Positions 50,591-62,430 of a DNA stretch of 64,000 nt are shown here, one piece after another. The DNA comes from Microbotryum violaceum (Eukaryota): contig LN717261.1 of the NCBI GenBank assembly GCA_001244265.2, forward strand, positions 3,363,591 to 3,427,590. The letters run 5' to 3'. Numbering within the stretch: position 1 is the stretch's first letter; the number at the start of each line of letters is the position of its first letter. Below the pieces are notes generated by a model that ran no database searches, was not told where the DNA came from, and worked only from the letters and a program-made list of their open reading frames with translations. Both the position numbers and the translations under genes were made by a program.

Positions 50591-51064
50591 CTTTGCAATG
50601 TTCCACAGTCGGATCGATCCGTCGAGTGAAAACGAGAGGACGCTTCAGCCCGGCCCTTGCCGAGACAAACTTTGTGTGGCCCGTCCTGGTCCTGAGCTCT
50701 TTGCCGGCCAGGGTGATGAGAATCACTGTTAGAGGTTCTGGGAGTTCTTTAGCAGCCTATGGCAGGACGACCTCCCCTGCGTTTTCCTGACAACAGGCCT
50801 CACGTTCCGCCTCCGGCCGGAAGGAGATCGGCATATTTCGCCATCGTAGACACTAGAGTCGGTACTACCAACCATTCTTCAAACCGCTGAGATGTGGGCC
50901 GATTTTCCTATAGATTTATGGCCTTTCTAAATGCTGAAATCACAGGGGCCTAGGGATTGTTGCACTGCACGAGCCGTTCGGAAATCTGAGCAAAATCTGA
51001 ACAGGTTCGGCATAAGTTAATCTTAGTGCTATTCTGGGAAAATTTGGGCTCACCTTTTGGTGGT

Positions 51065-52670
51065 TCTATACATAGTCTACCCCCCCTTCCCCTTTATTAC
51101 CTTAACTAGTTACCCTGACTATTACCCTTTACTACCTCTTTATATATATAAAAGGTCGATCCGCGACCCATGTACCTAAAATCGCTGTTTTTGACTGTGT
51201 TGCGGCCCTCTGGGCCGCCTATAGTGAATGTACCAGTACAGTATTGCGTCTGCCGCACCTGCCTGTGATTTTGGCGTCCCGACCAGAAGTTCAGTTTGCA
51301 TAGGATTTAATGTATAGCAAGCGCGTGGGTTTGCATGACACTTCTTCTACAGAGCTCAGGCGTGGTCTCGCTGTCGTTGACGCGCGGACGCGGGCGCCGC
51401 TACGCTGCGCGATGCCCCGTCGATCACGTGACGTATTTCTGGCACCCCGATACCGGTTTTAGGGGCTCAACAACAACATGAGGTTTCAGCCGCTGTGAAT
51501 ACTCCTCTGATGACTAGGCAGTCAAGGACCCCGTATGTTTCGGATATTTCGACGCCTTTACCATCGACTCGGCGCACTCTCGGCGCACTCTCGGCGACCT
51601 AATTCCTGCCGTCAATCAGCGCCCAACCTTTGCCAAAACATGGCTCATCTGCCCGGCCGAGGCCACCGACATTCAACTTGGACCCGAGGGCGCAGACAGT
51701 CGCATACAAGGATCCACTTTGACCAAGCTCGATTCTACGTTGCGTACCGGCAATTGCTTGGTGAGGGAATTTGCATCGGCCAAAGCTCGCGCAGGTTAGG
51801 CCAAAGAGTGGGTCCTGCGCCTCTGCCTACCAGCTGGCCGAGATCGACGCACCCACAACCTTCCTACGTCGAGCACCGAAATGGGGATGCTTATCTGCGA
51901 TTCCGGGGAGATCGTGGACGCAAGACCTTATTCTCCAGGTGCACGGTGATCGATGTCCCGATGGTCGGCCCAAGTACCCAATCGTTAGCTCGCTCCATCC
52001 GTCGGCGATGCCTCTTCGTTATCCACTACTCTTCCCCGCAGAGGAAGATAGCTTCCACCTCAACATTCCTCTTTGCGCGTTCAACCAAATTGGGCCACTC
52101 TTTGCCAAAAGACCGCGACGAGGAGGAAGGGGACGCAGAGAATGGTAATGGTGAGCGTAAGCCCCTTCGGCTCTTTCTCGGATGTTCCATTCTGTTAAGG
52201 CGCACGCACAGACTGACATTGAACTTTTGACCACCTAGGGCGAAGCTCAAATAAAGGGGATCGAGGTGGCGAGTCTCGCGTTCACAATTATTTGCGTACT
52301 ACTTGCACAAACGCGACGAGTACTTCTCAATCCCGCATTGCACCCAACGTGCCTTCCTAGCGTTCGTGATGACGGATACTCCCAGGTCGAGACCGATCGA
52401 CTCAACTTACCTCCAGTTGGATCAAAAAAACCTCCGCCTCACCACAAGCCAAGGCATCATCAGCTTGACCCCGAATCAAGTTGGATGTTCGGTGATTTTG
52501 GGCTCAACGTTCAAAAATAGACCGCGCGAGAGCACGCAGCGTTACCAAGATGCGATGGCGTGCGTCGTAAAACATGGGATGCCTTCGCTGTTCATCATGG
52601 TGACGTGCAACCCCGAATGGCCTGAAATCAAGGCTGCACTGGGACCGAACGACCAAGCATGCAACCGAGA
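51065..52670 (+). mobile_element. Degenerate Helitron (Rep N-terminal region), copy A
   Basis: PLRYPLLFP..E..FH.NIPL and VILGSTFKNRPRESTQRYQDAMACVVKHGMPSLFIMVTCNPEWPEI (Helitron_like_N); frameshifted; 5' boundary approximate. Confidence 0.85.
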
Positions 52671-55600
52671 CTACTATTTGAACGACGATGACTTCGATCG
52701 ATCATCGCTGCTCACCAACATGACGGTTGCCGAGCTCCTCGCCTTCGATGTCGCTCCCGCCGACGCGTCTCTTCACATCGAGTTGTCCAAAGACGAGCCC
52801 ACCCAGTATTCGACCTTAACCTACCCGACTCTTCAGACCAGAGACGCGTTTCTCGCTACCGATGCTCTGATCAATGCACGCAAGAAAGGATATCGATCTT
52901 TGGCCGTCGGGTCGACGTGTTTGCCGCTCGGCGCCGATCGGCTATGGTCAGAGTACGACCGAGCAAAAGACGTTCAAAGCTGGGCGCTGCGAGCTCAACG
53001 ATGGATGGACAAATTATCGTTATCAACGAAATTGACCGCAGACGTATCGCTGTCGCACGTCGCATACTGAACGGACTGCAATGGCAAGAGCAAGACGGGC
53101 TTCTACCATTGCCTCTTCTTGCAAGTGGAACGAGTTTGGTTTGTCTCCTGAGATTCTTAAGTCAGTACACCAATCCTTCAGCTGGCCACTCGTATTCATC
53201 TCGTATCTGAGGCAACTTGCTTATTCGCGTCTCTACCCAGGTCATGATTGGCTCGGTGAAGCCGCGGTGAACTTGTCAATTGAAAGCGTCCTTCGAGCTG
53301 GACGAGTGCAGAATCCCGATTTCGAAACAACGTATGGACTTATACCCTCCACCGTCATCTTCTGGGTAATGGCTCGCCCTCCCGACTCGGATCCTCATTC
53401 GATCTTCAAAGCCTGCTTTTTCGGCCCGCCAAACCAGTATCGGAATCTCATCGAGCTAGGCGATTGCATGCGCAACACGCCGACCTCAAAGTCAATCTGG
53501 TTTCTACCCTCTGCTCCGACAGCCATTGGGTCCTGGCCCGCATCAACATGCATAAGCGGACGTGGTCTGTGATCAACTCACTCTCCGCCACTCCGATCAC
53601 CGCGGCTACTCGGACGGCCGTCCTTACGCTATTCAAATTTCTGAAGCTGGACATCAAGAACTAATTCCCTCATACTCCTAAGGCGGAACAACAGGAAGAC
53701 AGCTACTCGTGCCGGCCGGCTACGATCAATGCAGTGGAGACGGAGGTGCTTGGGATTGGGTCATTCAACGCAGCGCGCGCTCACATGTCACTGCCTCGTC
53801 AATTCTGTCGTTTATCCTCTCTGGTTGGTGCTGTCGAGGATCCTAAAGAGATCGAATCCATCGCTGCCACGGGCGCAAAATCAAAGGCAAAGTCTGGGAG
53901 GGGATCCGCTGCCGGGACACTGAGCAGCAAGAGCACGTCGGCAGAGTCCGGCAAAGCAGCGACAATCAAGCCAACAAATCAACGAGTCGCATCATCCTCA
54001 AAGAACCCGCCAACTTCTCGACTCCAAACGAACTTCACCAAAGCATCGAAGCCGACGAAAGCTCGAGAGCTCACCCCGAGGAGCATACGACGTGGGCTCG
54101 CGACCATCCGCCTCTTTTCAGGAGGCTTACCGTGTGAAGAATGCGCAAAGCTCCCTAAGAATTCATCCTGTCGAGCAGCTCTTCGGCGTCAATATGCTGC
54201 TGGCGCAACTCGCAAATACACCAACAAGAAATATGTCGCGGGCGATACACTTCTCTCAGCCATCTACCGGCGACATCATGGACTAGAAGAGATCCTGGAT
54301 GACAAGGGTCAAGGGACCGTGTGTCTACGATTAGCGCAAGGTGTGGCCTCAGGAGAATTTGGCGGAGCGAACATCTTGGAGGGATTGGTGAAAGCGGCTA
54401 CGGTCAAGCACGATCGGATGGTCCAGGGCAAATCAATGCGAGGCTTTGTGCGGTCCGAACTGCTGCGTGACTTCGAGCAAGCCATGGCGCTGGCGTCTCC
54501 GATGGCTCTGAGAGTGCTGCAGGCTACAATCGGCGCATCCACAAGCCGAAAACTGCAGTGAGTACCGTCATTCTTTCGTTCTAATAATTCAACCTCATAC
54601 TGAATGATCGAGGTGCTTGCAAAATGGACCGAGCGACATCAGGCAGGATGCGCCTCGGCCTCGACAAGTCCGACATGGATCGTGTCTGCGCGAAACTCGA
54701 AGCAGACGGCCTAACGTTCAATTTACACGTAGACGACACGAACTGTCGATCCAGGATGCGAACCACTCCATACTACTCAGAAGACCTCAGTTTAGAGCGC
54801 GAACTACGTATGAAGGGCATATTCCGCCACGAGCTGATCGGATCAATTGGTCCGCCGCGCATCTACGAAACTTCGGGTGAACTCCCTGATATGTTCAGCG
54901 GACCTGACCCCCCGGTTGCTGGAACCAAAGTGAGTGGCAATGATTCTTTTAAGTTTGTACTTCATTTCCACGAGGCTTTATCATGTGTCGCCTCTTCAAT
55001 CAGATCCGAGCTTACATGATAGCAACGAACGATGTTGGCTCCCCAGCACAGGTGTTTGCCGCTTTTGTGATCGGCGAAACTACGAACGCGGAGGACGCGA
55101 CCAAACAGTTACATTCAGTGAAACAAGAATCAATAAAACGTCGCGTCGCACACCTTCTGGTATCCATCTCCGCAGATGGTGCGGCAAGCGAGGGTGTGCT
55201 GCAACGTAATGTTGCCGTCCTTCTGCGCGATCAGGGTGGCGCTGTTGCTCAAACCGGATCAAGGAACGTGTCATCACACACCCTCCCCTCCCCAGATCCG
55301 GACGGAGTGTTTCCTGAGATCACTATATCGACCGTCAACGTCGCGGAAACGCCGATAGTCTTCTGTCGGACGAAAAACACCTCGCCAAATGTCTGAGGAA
55401 CGCTATCGACTCTGGAGCAAGATTGCTGTTCGGCGGTCTCGGATGCGTTGCCTACCAGGATATGCTCTCCATCCTGGGCTGACTGGAGTCGCGTCGTACT
55501 CTTTCTCGTCGTGATGTGGTCGGGCGTGATCGTCAAGGCGACAATGCAGCACATCGGGCATTCTCCAAGGCGACGCTCGAACTCGTAGCCGAACTCGCTG

Positions 55601-55910
55601 AAGACAAAAAACTCGACCCCGATGCCGTCGTATATCTCTTCCTATGTGGCGAGTTACACGATGCCATCCAGAACCGGTCGCTTCAGCCCCTTAAGCGTAT
55701 CAGGATGTTGCTCGTTGTCAGGTATACGTTCGAGGCGTGGTATGACTTTGTCCGAAGTCGCCCCGGATCTAGCTCTCACTCGTTCCTCGCCAAAGAAACG
55801 CTTGATGGGGTCAGGAAGATGGTTGACTCAACAATTGCTCTCGTCCGCAACTACCGAGAATTTTGGCCGAAGGAATCGTTCATTCCCTGGCGGCATGGCA
55901 CAGAAATGGT
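52670..55910 (+). mobile_element. Degenerate large transposon ORF: Ulp1-like (C48) protease followed by P-element/THAP9-like transposase
   Basis: DWLGEAAVN...HWVLARIN...INSL...QQEDSYSC; then SISADGAASE, DEKHLAKCLRNAIDSGARLL, DRQGDNAAHRAFS, YLFLCGELHDA, HGTEM; several stops and frameshifts. Confidence 0.65.
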
Positions 55911-58122
55911 GGACCAAGGGGTGGGCAGAGCGGAGGAGTAAAGGGGACAAGTTGGCGAGGGAGGTGGTCTGGGTTTGGGTCGATGCGGACCAGTGGATGG
56001 GGTGGCTGAAGGGGATGTACTTGGTCAACTGGGGGAAGCGACCGGGAATCGTCGTCTCGGACCCAAAAGTAGGTTGTCCAGCCTTTTCTTGGATTTTCGC
56101 GTCGAGTTATTGATGGGCATCGTACCTGCCCCTTCTCACACAGGAACTGGCCTATTGGAACCGCGATCTCTCGTTCGAGCCCATCACGTCGGACACTGTG
56201 TACGAGACGATCGAGCAAGGGATTCTGACCAACCGGTTGAAACCTCTGAGCTCGAGATCATTATTTGATCGACTAGCACATGTGAGCCTGAACTCTGTCG
56301 AGTCCAAACGTTCCCCTCCTGCCCCGGCGACTGATTCATTTCGATTAGCGCCTCGCGCTTCTTACCGACTCGTCATTCAAGTCGTACTTCTCCTCCCATC
56401 CTTTCGCCCTCGTTTTCTTCATCATCTCATCGTGGGTGGCCGGATGGTGAATCCTGCGACAATGCCTGGGAGGAGATGGGGGTGCCTCTCTCATGGGTGG
56501 GAGTAGCGGGCCGGCGGGTGCGAGCGGTAAAGGCGGGACTGTTGTGGGAAATTAGTAAAGGGTCAGCGGTCCAGAGGGACTTGTGGCATTGGGAAGTTGG
56601 CGCGCGCGTGGCGCGGCGCCGGATGGAGGCAGATGGCGGTGTGGCGTATTGATTGGACTCAGAGGTGGCTTGTACGCGGATACTATCTAAGGCTCTGGTC
56701 TCGTTCACTCTCTCCTTCTTCTTTAACACACACTCGATATCTATCTCGCCCATTCGCCTGCTACAAGTTGATTGACCTTGGCGATACTCTATCTCACAAT
56801 AGGTCATCTATCAACGCCGTGTAGCTACAGCGAATCTTCATTCATTCATTGGTACTCCAAGTCCAAATCCACAACAGGGACGGCCAAATACGAGTGAAGG
56901 GGCATCAAGCCCTCTGAAAGTTCCCTTGTATATCGTAACGGTGTGTAATGATGACGCACATCTCGCATGCGCCCGAGCGGTCAAACTTTCGTGACATAAA
57001 CACCAAGTCAAAAACTGTCGGGGCGAGGCAGGCCATATAGATATGCTTCAACAATCGCAAGTTGTTCATCTCTCGAACTTGACCACGCAAGGTCAAGTGG
57101 TCTACTGAAGTTCAATTTGACCGAACCAGCGAGGATCCGTGATCGTGCAGCACAGCAGTGGAGATCCTGGTAGGAGTCGCGGAATGAAATAGTGGGGCAA
57201 ATCGAGGTTCGCACGGACTCGCCTTTTCGGGGCCAGTGTCATGTCAAAGCCGCGAGCGATTCCGCACTTGCGTCAGCCATGTGTAAACGATGTGTCGGCC
57301 ATATTCTTCTTCATCCCCTCTGTTTGCTGAGGTGTCACCAACCCGTCAGATAATGCCAAGTTTTGCCGCTTTTGCCATCAACATGTCGGCGTATTCTTGG
57401 AAGCGTTGGGAGGTTTCAACGAGCGTTGTAAATACAGAGCCGAGCTCAAGGCAACTTTGAGACGGTCCTCAAATGACACCCTTCTTCTCTCTTTTTTAAT
57501 GTAGAACTTGTTCATCATATTGCGCCCGGTTCATGTTCCCCCTATTTGGCCTATGGAAAAACGAGATGGAAGTCGACGATGATAACACAAACCGCCCGCA
57601 AGATGCAAGAAACGGGCCGGTGTCCACCAATACGATACTTGATTCGAAGTGCCCCAGCCAAGCGGTTGCTCCCCCTCAGGAGACGAATGAGAGAGAGAAG
57701 GAGAGAGAGAGAGAGAGAAAGAAAAAGACCTGGCGTACTAACGACAAGAGGCCCACCCCGCACCCACTTCCCAACTCGGTCGAGACACAGACAGGAGAGC
57801 GACTGCGCAGCCACCCTAACCCGCGAAGCCCCAAGTCTATGCTCGGTCACAACAAGACGCGGTGGAGGCCCCTGAAAAGATCCACTTCAGCACTCCCTGA
57901 CCCCTCAAATCCGACTTTCTGCCTGTGTATGCTGATCCCTCCCTTGACTCAGAACCCCGAAGCCGAAGAGCGCGAGCCACCGTCGAGTCAAAGCTAAATC
58001 GCGAGCCGGTCTATGAGCTACGGAAGCAGACCTGTAATAGATGAAAGATGAAAGCAAGATATTTAGTATACAGGTTTTTTCCCGCGCAAGCCGAAGAACT
58101 ATGCGGATCACTAAAGCAACTC

Positions 58123-58268
58123 TGTTGAAGGTGTTAGTAGACCCTGCACTGATATCAGGGGCCGGATAGCTTAGTTGGTCAATTCAATGAATGGAAGCGA
58201 CCCAGGTGCGAGTCCTGGTCCAGCCGTTCTTCTTTGTTGATCATTTGGAATCTTTGTTGATTCCAACA
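58123..58268 (+). mobile_element. Solo LTR (146 bp) of the tRNA-containing LTR family
   Basis: TGTTG...CCAACA termini with TSD AACTC at 58118-58122 and 58269-58273; homologous to 22508-22665; decayed tRNA-like core at 58160-58226. Confidence 0.92.
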
Positions 58269-58448
58269 AACTCTTCTCCAGTAAGAATTGTCCGAATTAA
58301 ACCGCCGAAGTATTGCATTCATGGCAGTGATAAGGATAAGCTGACAAATACCGACACGTGAAAGAATAAAAAACACGGACACCAGGTCCTCTGGTGGACG
58401 TCACGGCGTCAAATGTGTGAAACTAGATGCAGAGGTAACCGCCCGAAA

Positions 58449-60407
58449 TCACAGTTCGGTGCAATGGAAGTCGAGCTGTGAACGAGGCGAATATGAAGAC
58501 TTCGTCAGGATGATGAACGCACTATCAGCTTGAATCGGGAGACCCCATCTGCCCAAACTGACCTGCTTCTCGGAGTCGACGTTGTGGCAGTTGTACACGG
58601 GAGGAGTACTGGGCGTAGGTAAGCTCAGGTGAGTCCCGATGGCAGTGATACCAGTGCACTCCTTGGAGCAATCGAGCAGGGCGACCACATCCTTGTACTT
58701 TCCACTGGAGGTTCCGGTGACGTTGATGTAGTGCACATCCGAGACCGTCATCTTCGAGGGGAACTTGGTGCAGTACTCATTAGAGTTCATATAGCAAGAG
58801 GTGATCAAAAGAGGCTCGTCCACATTTTTGTTCACGAAGTTTTGGAACGTGATGTTCTTGACGTAGCCCGATCCGCCACCGGCGTCTTTGGCGGTGCCGT
58901 TACGATCGGGCCAAGCCTGAGGTTCATGGACACACAAGAATAGTGAGTGGGTCAGGTGGAGGCGAACAGATGATTGTCCCGCGGGTAAGGCTAACCTTGA
59001 TACGAGCACCAGCTTGGGCATTAGACATGGAGATGTCATGGATGTAGACATTCTCGACCTGATGAATATGTCCAACCCATTCAATGCACGACTCCCACTG
59101 GATTCGCTAGGCGAGCGATCGACCCCACCAGGCTGACTCACGATATCGTAGGAGTCGACGTACTGGCCGAGAGAGCCAACCGAGATGCCATGGGATCCAT
59201 TGCAGTTCACGCGACCGACCTCGACATTGGTCGAGTTGGGCTTCAGAGAAACACAGTCGTCGGCGTTGTTGACGTTGAAGTCCAGCAGAGTCACGTCATC
59301 CGAGTTGTATGTGTCTACTCCGTCAGTGTTGTAGGGTAGGGAGTCGGACTTCGACACGGCGTCGATGTTGATATTGGACATCGTTACTTGCTTCGAGTGA
59401 GTGATGAAGATGTTCCAGAACGGCCCATTCAGAAAGTTGATGTACTCGACCCTGACGTTCTTGGCGTTGCCGATCGTCAACAGGATCGGTCGGGCGTACT
59501 CGGTGCTCTCGATACCATGAAGGTTACCCGCCTTCTTGTCCTTGACAAACTGGTCCCACCATTTCTGGATAAAGCGGAGCAGGGTCAGCTCAGGGTTCTT
59601 CGGTCGACGTTGCTTAGAAAGATCTTCCTTACTTGACCATTGCCGTTGAAAGTGGATTGCTTCTCCGCTTTCGAGGTCTTCGAGGTCGGGCTACCGTGGA
59701 GCCAGATCTTCTCTCCTTGGAGCTGCGCAAGCCGATGATCAATGAGATTCGGGAGCTGTCAGCCTGAGAACGGTCACCGGCACAAAGAGCAGCCGTCAGC
59801 GGAGGGATGGAGGTGGACTCACGAAAAAGAAGGTGGTCACATTTTGGTAGTAGAGCTCGTAGGAGCCATCTCCATGGGTATCCGTCGTAGGTTTTGACCA
59901 GTAAGCAATGTCGTCGGAATAGGTGACTGGCGACAAGACCATGTTCAGGACCGAGCCCATTGCGATTTCGGAAATGTGGAGGAACTTACGTGTTCCAGTC
60001 AACTCAATCTCGACATTATAGAGCATAGGCGTGTAGAGGAGACTCTTGACGAGGTAATTGCCATTCAAGACAATCTGCCGAAGCGGAGGCGGATACGTGT
60101 CAGCATCCCCTGCGCTCGGTCCCGCACGCTCTCATGCGAGAGGTCCGAGGCGGCTTCAGAGGCACGGTCTGTGCGCACTGACCTTCGCGTTTTTCTGGCA
60201 CTTCGTGAAGGCGTCCATAATTTTGGGTGTCGAGTCCTGCCCGACACCGCTCTCATCGACAATGCAGGTCGTCGTGCCCGAGGAGGCCTGTAATACACCG
60301 CTAGCTCTGTGATGGCGATAGCGATGGCTTGAATGGCCTGAGCTGTGCTTGTGCGCTCCCGCAAGGGCGGCGAGGGAAAGAGGCAAGGCTGCCAAGATGA
60401 TCTTCAT
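58449..60407 (-). CDS. Secreted GH28 (exo-)polygalacturonase, multi-exon
   Basis: Signal MKIILAALPLSLAALAGA; catalytic motifs NTDG, ADDCVSLK, GSHGISVGSLG, ARIK. Confidence 0.93.
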
Positions 60408-61334
60408 GGTGTAGGGGCACGGCAGGAGGAAGTGGGGAGGAAGTGGACGAGAGTTGAGGTTAAAAGGACGGACGAGAGAGAGGTAGAGAGCATAGAGGGG
60501 AGTGAATCCCTTGCAGTTCGGTCTTGATCCCGGCGCGACGTCTGTGTCAGGATCTGTCGCGTCCATCTTAAAGGAGGCTCAGTCGTTGGCGATCGACTGG
60601 GCTCAGGAGCTTGTAGGCCCCGCCTAGCGCCTGACCGCCGACCAGCAACGCCGAACGGGGAGCAGCCACGATTCCACGACTCCACGAGATTGACATGAGA
60701 CCACGACCGTTTCACTACCCTATAGACTCCGAGACGCCGAGATGCCAGGACATTCAATGCGTGGAATGATGACACGTTCTTACCCGAGAGACGGGTAGGT
60801 CTTTGCCCAAGGTCCCCTCCATTCGCTGCAAAGTGTCTGGGCATGTCTCAGCCTTACTGTGACCGCTTTTATTGGCTAGACTAGAAAGGGCTATTTGTTC
60901 CGACAGAGACAAATTAAATTGATTCGGTTTGTTAGAGGTCTTAGGTACGGACCTGCCGATACTGATAGCCGCTAGCCTCATAGGAGTGCTTTCAGCCGGT
61001 ACATGTCAGGGGCGAACGACGCGACACGTATTCTCCGTCATAGTGAATGGCACTGCTTACTTCTCTTGAGATCGAAAAGGAGGGATGGGCAGTGACTTCC
61101 GAGGAAGAGTGAGTGTCCAACCTTTTTTCTAGACTGCTCCCTCTCCATCAGCGGCTAATGCGGATGGCGCTGATACTCGGGACTTTTCGCTCGCTTTGTT
61201 TTACCAGGGGGTAAACGTCGCACTTTCCCCTATGATGAAAAATGTGCCCCGAAGCCGGTCGCAGTGTGAAGACTTCGGTGGCGACACCTCCCTAGGACCT
61301 GACCCGCTTCGGTGCCGCGATGACGATCAAAGGC

Positions 61335-61731
61335 ATCCAGAGCACGTAGATCGGCAAGATGAACGAGTAGATTGGGTAGGCGAGCTGCGCGTTTATATTG
61401 GGGGCACCGTCAGCCTCAAATGCCGGACCCGGCAGACACCGTAGGCACTCACGATGTAGATCACGAGCCAGCCAATGAACTGCCACTGGCGCTTGAAAAG
61501 GAAGATGACCGCCTGGAGACCGTAAGTCTGTGTGTGTAGAACAGCTCGTCAGTAAAACCGACAAGTTATCGAGTGCCCGGATTTGCCCACTTACTGCACC
61601 GACCATCGCCAACGCGATGACGGGAACTTGGGTGTCTCCGAGTAATACTTCGACGATGAGGTAGATCAAGTAGACGAACGTCGCGGGAAGAATGAGCGTT
61701 CCAAAAAGATCGATCATGACGAAGAAGCGGA
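61335..61731 (-). pseudogene. Internal fragment of a class V/VII-type chitin synthase gene with two introns
   Basis: RFFVMIDLFGTLILPATFVYLIYLI...AMVGAV / [24 protein letters not shown] / LAYPIYSFILPIY; the rest of the gene is absent. Confidence 0.85.
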
Positions 61732-61732
61732 T

Positions 61733-62282
61733 GTGATCGCGTGCGCCAAGGCCAAGCATCATGTCGCCAACGAGCAAGAGCACTACCGAAGAGGGTCAGG
61801 TGCTATTATATCATTTACTAATACCGATGATCGAGTCATGCATGAAGTATACGTGAGTCTGCTTCACTGCAAGTCTCTCGAGCCTTCCAAATAGTCAAAG
61901 CTGACCGGTGTCCTTTTCTGATTCATCGATGTGCCCTCAGAACCACCCTTTTTCCGAATCAATCCGGGCCGGTGTAGGATCGATCATGTGCTCGTATAAC
62001 CGTATCAATCAGACGCACGCTTGCGAAAACTCGTACCTGATGAACAAGCTCGCTAAGCAAGACCTGGCGTTCCATGGCTTCGTCGTCTCGGATTGGTCGC
62101 CACAGCCGAGCGGCGTCAGCAGTGCGCTTGCGGGTCTGGACATGTCGATGCCAGGTCAGTAGATATCTTTCGTGGGTAACAAAAGCTTCTTATACCTACT
62201 GTAGACCTATCTCTTCTGCAGGCTTCCGATCCTACACCGAGGGGTTGGACAACCAGCAGAATCCCGCCAAATCCTACTATCC
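61733..62282 (+). pseudogene. Internal fragment of a GH3 beta-glucosidase gene with two introns
   Basis: VIACAK..HHVANEQEHYR...DDRVMHEVY / HPFSESIRAGVGSIMCSYNRIN..ACEN...GFVVSDW...LAGLDMSMPG; truncated at both ends. Confidence 0.88.
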
Positions 62283-62430
62283 TTTAAAACTATTTCCCAT
62301 CAACCAGTGGGAACTCGTTAAATAAACGGGAGGGTGAAATTCAAATAGCAGGAGAATTGAAAAGTCTACATGGTTTCAACAGAGGTTAAATAAAACCACT
62401 ACGAAGTACAGCAAGGAAGCAGTTCTTCAT

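Noticed and set aside
55915-58000. Further LINE or DNA-transposon remnants
   Set aside because: Looks like decayed coding fragments, but no diagnostic motif could be read confidently.
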